From Anatilimnocola sp. NA78 (GTDB taxonomy: Bacteria; Planctomycetota; Planctomycetia; Pirellulales; Pirellulaceae): a stretch of 64,000 nucleotides of DNA. A program made the translations under genes and the position numbers. The notes below the pieces were generated by a model. It was given only the letters and a program-made list of their open reading frames with translations. It was not told the DNA's origin and ran no database searches. How positions within the stretch are numbered: position 1 is the stretch's first letter; every line of letters starts with the position of its first letter. The DNA lies in the NCBI RefSeq assembly GCF_049819085.1, contig NZ_CP187419.1, positions 5,021,518-5,085,517 on the forward strand, in the 5' to 3' direction. Shown one piece after another: positions 60,167 through 64,000 of the stretch.

Positions 60167-61033
60167 ATGTTGAGCGACGATGCAATTCAACTTCGGCCAA
60201 TGCAAGCGGCTGAAGTCACCCAGTTGGTCGAGTGGGCCGCAAAAGAGGGTTGGAATCCCGGGCTGCACGATGCGCAGGCCTTTTACGCGACCGATGCCGA
60301 CGGCTTTCTGGCCGTCGAAGTGAATGGCCAGTTCGTCGGGGGCGGGGCGATTGTGCGGCACCATGCCAGCTTCGGCTTCATGGGGCTGTTTATTGTCCGG
60401 CCCGAGTTTCGCTCACAAGGGATTGGCCGCAAGCTGTGGTTCGCACGGCGCGATTTGCTCGCCTCGCGACTCGACCCCGCCGGCACGATTGGCCTGGATG
60501 CCGTCGAAGCCATGCGCGACTTTTATGCGCAGGGCGGTTTCGTAGGGACATCGTTTCACCTTCGTTTCGAACTGGCGACATTGCCTGCTGGAAAGCCCGA
60601 CGCTTCCCTAGTTCCGCTCAGTTCCGTTCCTTTCTCTCAAGTTGCGGACTTTGACCGTGCGTGCTTTACTGCGCCGCGAGAGAGCTATCTGAAGGCCTGG
60701 CTGGCACTGCCGCAGAGCCATGCCTTGGCCTCCGTTCAGCAGGGAGAACTACGTGGCTACGCGGTCTTGCGCCGCGCGCAAGTAGGCTGGAAAATCGGTC
60801 CGCTCTTCGCCGCCGATCGAGCCACGGCAACCAAGCTGTTTCAGGCTTGCTGTCAGGCTGCCGGCGAGGGGCCCATCTATCTGGATGTGCCCGAGGCGAA
60901 TCCTGCAGCCATCGCGATGGTCGAAGAGTTCGGCATGCAGCCCGGCTTCCGTTGCCTGCGAATGTACCGCGGCCCGATTCCCACAGTTCATCACGAGCGG
61001 ATCTTTGGCATCACGACGCTCGAACTGGGCTGA
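60167..61033 (+). CDS. GNAT-family N-acetyltransferase (two-lobed, 288 aa)
   Basis: QGIGRKLW acetyl-CoA motif in the N-lobe. Confidence 0.65.
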   Translation: MLSDDAIQLRPMQAAEVTQLVEWAAKEGWNPGLHDAQAFYATDADGFLAVEVNGQFVGGGAIVRHHASFGFMGLFIVRPEFRSQGIGRKLWFARRDLLASRLDPAGTIGLDAVEAMRDFYAQGGFVGTSFHLRFELATLPAGKPDASLVPLSSVPFSQVADFDRACFTAPRESYLKAWLALPQSHALASVQQGELRGYAVLRRAQVGWKIGPLFAADRATATKLFQACCQAAGEGPIYLDVPEANPAAIAMVEEFGMQPGFRCLRMYRGPIPTVHHERIFGITTLELG

Positions 61034-61045
61034 TCGACAGCATCA

Positions 61046-61798
61046 CTACACTGCCACCGAACGGCTGAGCCAATCGGCAAATCGCGTTCGACCCACGCGT
61101 TGATTGACATCGGGCGTCAGGCTCTGATCGTTAACCGGCGTGCCAAAGTACGTGGCGCTGGCATCGGTGGTGACTTGCCGCGCATCTGCGGTCGCGCTCA
61201 AGTAGTGCCGCACCAGGTCGTCCATGCCAATTTTCTCGGGACCGGCCAGATCGACTGTGCCATTCAATGGCGGCTCGAGGGCTACCTCGGCGATAGCCTC
61301 GGCAACATCGTCGGAAACGATGGGTTGCATGAGCGAGTGTGGCAGTCGCACCGTCTGTCCATCGGTCGCGGACTGCGCGATGGCACTCACAAACTCAAAG
61401 AACTGTGTCGCGCGCACAATGGTGTAGGGAATGGACGAAGCCTTGATCAGGTTTTCCTGTGCTAGCTTCGCGCGAAAATATCCGCTGGCGAGCATGCGCT
61501 CGGTTCCGACGACCGACAAGGCAATGTGGTGCTTCACACCGGCAGCCGCTTCGGCAGCGAGCAGGTTGCGTCCCGAGGTTTCGAAGAACGCCAGGACCGC
61601 CTGATCTTCAAACGAAGGACTGTTGGCAACATCCACCACAACCTCGGCTCCCTGCAGCGCAGCGGCGAGTCCTTCACCGGTGAGTGTATTGACGCCTGTC
61701 GAGGGTGACGCAGCAATCACCTCGTGACCTTGGCCGCGCAGGTTGCCGACGACCTTCTTCCCGATGAGCCCACTGCCGCCAATGACGACGATCTTCAT
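61046..61798 (-). CDS. NAD(P)H-binding NmrA/SDR-like protein
   Basis: MKIVVIGGSGLIGKKVV Rossmann motif. Confidence 0.7.
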   Translation of the reverse strand: MKIVVIGGSGLIGKKVVGNLRGQGHEVIAASPSTGVNTLTGEGLAAALQGAEVVVDVANSPSFEDQAVLAFFETSGRNLLAAEAAAGVKHHIALSVVGTERMLASGYFRAKLAQENLIKASSIPYTIVRATQFFEFVSAIAQSATDGQTVRLPHSLMQPIVSDDVAEAIAEVALEPPLNGTVDLAGPEKIGMDDLVRHYLSATADARQVTTDASATYFGTPVNDQSLTPDVNQRVGRTRFADWLSRSVAV

Positions 61799-61862
61799 GA
61801 CAAATCTCCTGACTGAAAGTTGGAACTGTGGGAACGATGGAATTTGAAGTTACTGCGGCCCC

Positions 61863-62285
61863 TTAATGCTTTGCAGCTTCCGGAATCGCAATCTGCTTGG
61901 CAGAGCGCGGTTGCAAAACAACCGCGATGACGCGAGTCTTTCCCTTAGCGGCCGGGTTTTTGGAAACACGATGCAGGCAACCGGTCGGTTCGTAGAACGT
62001 CTCCCCCTGCTTGAGCACCTTCGTCGGTTGATCGTCGATTCCCAGTTCGTATTCACCCTCCAGCACGTAGCCAAAACCGGGCCCTGGGTGGCGATGTGGC
62101 AACCCTGCTTGCCCGGGCTCCAAGGTCACTTCCACGACCGTGGCCTTGGTCTCTTGGCCGTCGAGCTTTTCGACAATGTTCCGCTCGGCGAGCACTGCGA
62201 CTTGTTCACCGTCGTGGTGCACCGCAGACATGCCGCCAATGCCGATGCCGATTCCTGCCGCGAGTGTGAATAGGTGGCGAATCAT
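61863..62285 (-). CDS. Secreted cupin-domain protein
   Basis: Signal peptide; HRHPGPGFGYVLEGEYEL...HRVSKNP cupin motifs. Confidence 0.6.
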   Translation of the reverse strand: MIRHLFTLAAGIGIGIGGMSAVHHDGEQVAVLAERNIVEKLDGQETKATVVEVTLEPGQAGLPHRHPGPGFGYVLEGEYELGIDDQPTKVLKQGETFYEPTGCLHRVSKNPAAKGKTRVIAVVLQPRSAKQIAIPEAAKH

Positions 62286-62521
62286 GCTTCACTCCTGGTC
62301 GATGGGTTGGTGCTGTGTCCTCGTTCGTGAATAGAGACGGCTGGCGAATTGAGTTTGTGACAAGACGCAGAAATTTTCTGCGATGCCCATGGAACACCCA
62401 CAGCGGAAAAGTTCATCGCTGGGGAAGAATGCGCGCGGAAGGATTCCAATCGAGCGCGCTGCGGGTCACTCACCCCGTGAGGACACACGAGGCGAGGGAG
62501 AAAGATAAAGAAAGGAGAGAA

Positions 62522-64000
62522 CTAGCTTCGGCCGCCGGAGGAGCGAAGGCGCTCGACGGCGAGGCGATAACGGCTGTAGAACTCGGCGGCGGTCCAGCCT
62601 AGGTAGAGGTTGGCACCGATCGAGAAGAACAGAATGATGACCGTGAACAGGAGCGGCCACCAAGGCTTCTCGGCTTCGACGACAGGCAGGGGATTGCCCT
62701 TCGAGTCGACGCGCGTGTTGGAAAGCGGGCGATTGAGATTGCTGTTGCTCGGCAACGAAGCCATCTGGTTGTCGCCGCTGATCGGACGGAAGTCGACCGA
62801 TTGCCCCGAGCCCATGTTCGGGTCGCCGTAGTTGCGACCTGCCAGCTGGTTATCCTGCGGCAAGCCCACGCCCGGACGATACGGCACACTACCCGCGGGG
62901 GCGAGGTGATCGTTCGATCGATAGTTCGGGTTCTGGGGCGTGTTCGCGTAATTGTTGCCCGCGAAGTTGTTATTGTTATTGTTCGGAAACGGATCGTTTC
63001 GCGGAGCACCGGGCGGATTCAAATCGCGACCGTACTGATCGCGGCCATAGGGATCGCTGTTGAGCGCGGGAGGGTTTAACCCGCTGCCACGCAGTCCGTT
63101 CTCTTGAGTCGGATTGCGATAGTCGTTCGTGTAGCCTGTGGGAGGCGGAGCGATGCCGGGGCGCGTGTTCTGAAAATCGTTCCCGCCTTGCGCGGTAGGT
63201 TGCACGGCATCGTAGCCGGCAGCCGGATTCACGCGGGAGGTATCGCGATCGAAGGTCGAACCGGTTGTGCCCGCAAAGGGACGAGGCGGATTCGAGAAAC
63301 CGCCGGTAGATCCGGCAGCTGGATTGCTACCAAACCCGTTACTACCCAAACCAGTGGTCGGCGAATTGAAGCCTGGAGTTGTGGGAGACGTGGGCGTCGT
63401 CGACCAAGGGGACGCAGCGGGAGCGAGCGGGGCAGGTGAAGGCGAGGAGGCCGCACCGGCACCAAACGCGGGGCTGCTGAAGGGAGGATTCGAACCAGCC
63501 AGATTACTGGGTGGTGGTCCGAGGGGCGGAGCACCGATTCCCGTGCGGGGCTTGTTCAAGTCGGTGGTGGCTGGACTGGTCGCGGCAAAGTTGTTGCCCG
63601 CCAGATTATTACCCCCAAACGCTCCGACGGGCTGACTGCTGGCCGCCAGTGGAGCCGGGGCAGGGCGACCGGGGACCTTCGGCAACGGCTTGGTGTTCGA
63701 GAAGACGACGAAGGTATCGACTCGGCCGGACTCGGTAGACAACTGCGTGTAGATTTCGTCGCCGGGCGCTAAGGTGCGCAGCAGCTTGGGATCGATCTGG
63801 ACGAAGTATTCGAGCAGGCCCTCTTTGGTCGGCTGCCAACCAAAACGGACGTTGAAATTCTGTTCTGGCTGGCCGTTGGCCTTCCACAGGATGGTGGGCG
63901 GATCGGTGGCGCCGCGTACCGCTCCCGACGTAAAGGCACTGGCGGGCAACTTTCGCTGACTGGCGCTGGCCGGGGCATTCGCCGGGGGCGCAATGCGGAT
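62522..64000 (-). CDS. Low-complexity Asn/Pro/Gly-rich membrane-anchored protein, 5' end beyond window
   Basis: ORF track 62522..63949. That start is TTG, and the frame stays open upstream to the window edge. C-terminal TM WWPLLFTVIILFFSIGANLYLGW. Long N/P/G-rich region. Confidence 0.45.
   Translation of the reverse strand: MRIAPPANAPASASQRKLPASAFTSGAVRGATDPPTILWKANGQPEQNFNVRFGWQPTKEGLLEYFVQIDPKLLRTLAPGDEIYTQLSTESGRVDTFVVFSNTKPLPKVPGRPAPAPLAASSQPVGAFGGNNLAGNNFAATSPATTDLNKPRTGIGAPPLGPPPSNLAGSNPPFSSPAFGAGAASSPSPAPLAPAASPWSTTPTSPTTPGFNSPTTGLGSNGFGSNPAAGSTGGFSNPPRPFAGTTGSTFDRDTSRVNPAAGYDAVQPTAQGGNDFQNTRPGIAPPPTGYTNDYRNPTQENGLRGSGLNPPALNSDPYGRDQYGRDLNPPGAPRNDPFPNNNNNNFAGNNYANTPQNPNYRSNDHLAPAGSVPYRPGVGLPQDNQLAGRNYGDPNMGSGQSVDFRPISGDNQMASLPSNSNLNRPLSNTRVDSKGNPLPVVEAEKPWWPLLFTVIILFFSIGANLYLGWTAAEFYSRYRLAVERLRSSGGRS

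Noticed and set aside
1-64000. CRISPR arrays
   Set aside because: No short direct repeats with regular unique spacers. All tandem repeats found are either 15-bp coding repeats or ~298-bp units.

Overview
A 64-kb chromosomal window from a high-GC member of the Planctomycetota. The phylum call rests on two DUF1559 prepilin-type '[21 protein letters not shown]' proteins each paired with a small lipoprotein, sulfatases, a giant DUF1080/ThuA/beta-propeller/HEAT protein with a cytochrome-c partner, and frequent absence of Shine-Dalgarno sequences.

Most of the window is densely packed core metabolism (pyrB-pyrC, hisF, prs, dapA, purQ, UDP-xylose synthase, ALDH) and envelope or stress genes: HtrA, UspA, a YqjD/YqjE-like module, two flotillin systems, TspO, an aquaporin and a glutathione peroxidase.

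Three parts stand out:
(1) 43.25-48.7 kb is an accessory island. Small immunity-type and orphan genes on the minus strand are each followed by one of two families of MITE/attC-like palindromic repeats. Two near-identical 5' fragments of an integron-integrase-like tyrosine recombinase are interleaved with them, and one segment is markedly low in GC.
(2) 9.1-13.6 kb is a tight minus-strand operon of pilT, a membrane-anchored GspE/PilB-like pseudo-ATPase with all catalytic motifs degenerate, and two unknown membrane proteins.
(3) There are several structured non-coding regions: a 1.3-kb gene desert with a pair of 15+15-bp operator-like palindromes, tandem 298-bp repeats, clustered TGATAAC motifs, and TGTCCAA-N15-TTGGACA sites upstream of pyrB.

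No rRNA, tRNA or CRISPR array could be supported. Repeat and motif coordinates were taken from the numbered sequence lines; CDS ends come from the six-frame ORF track, with start codons placed by codon arithmetic.
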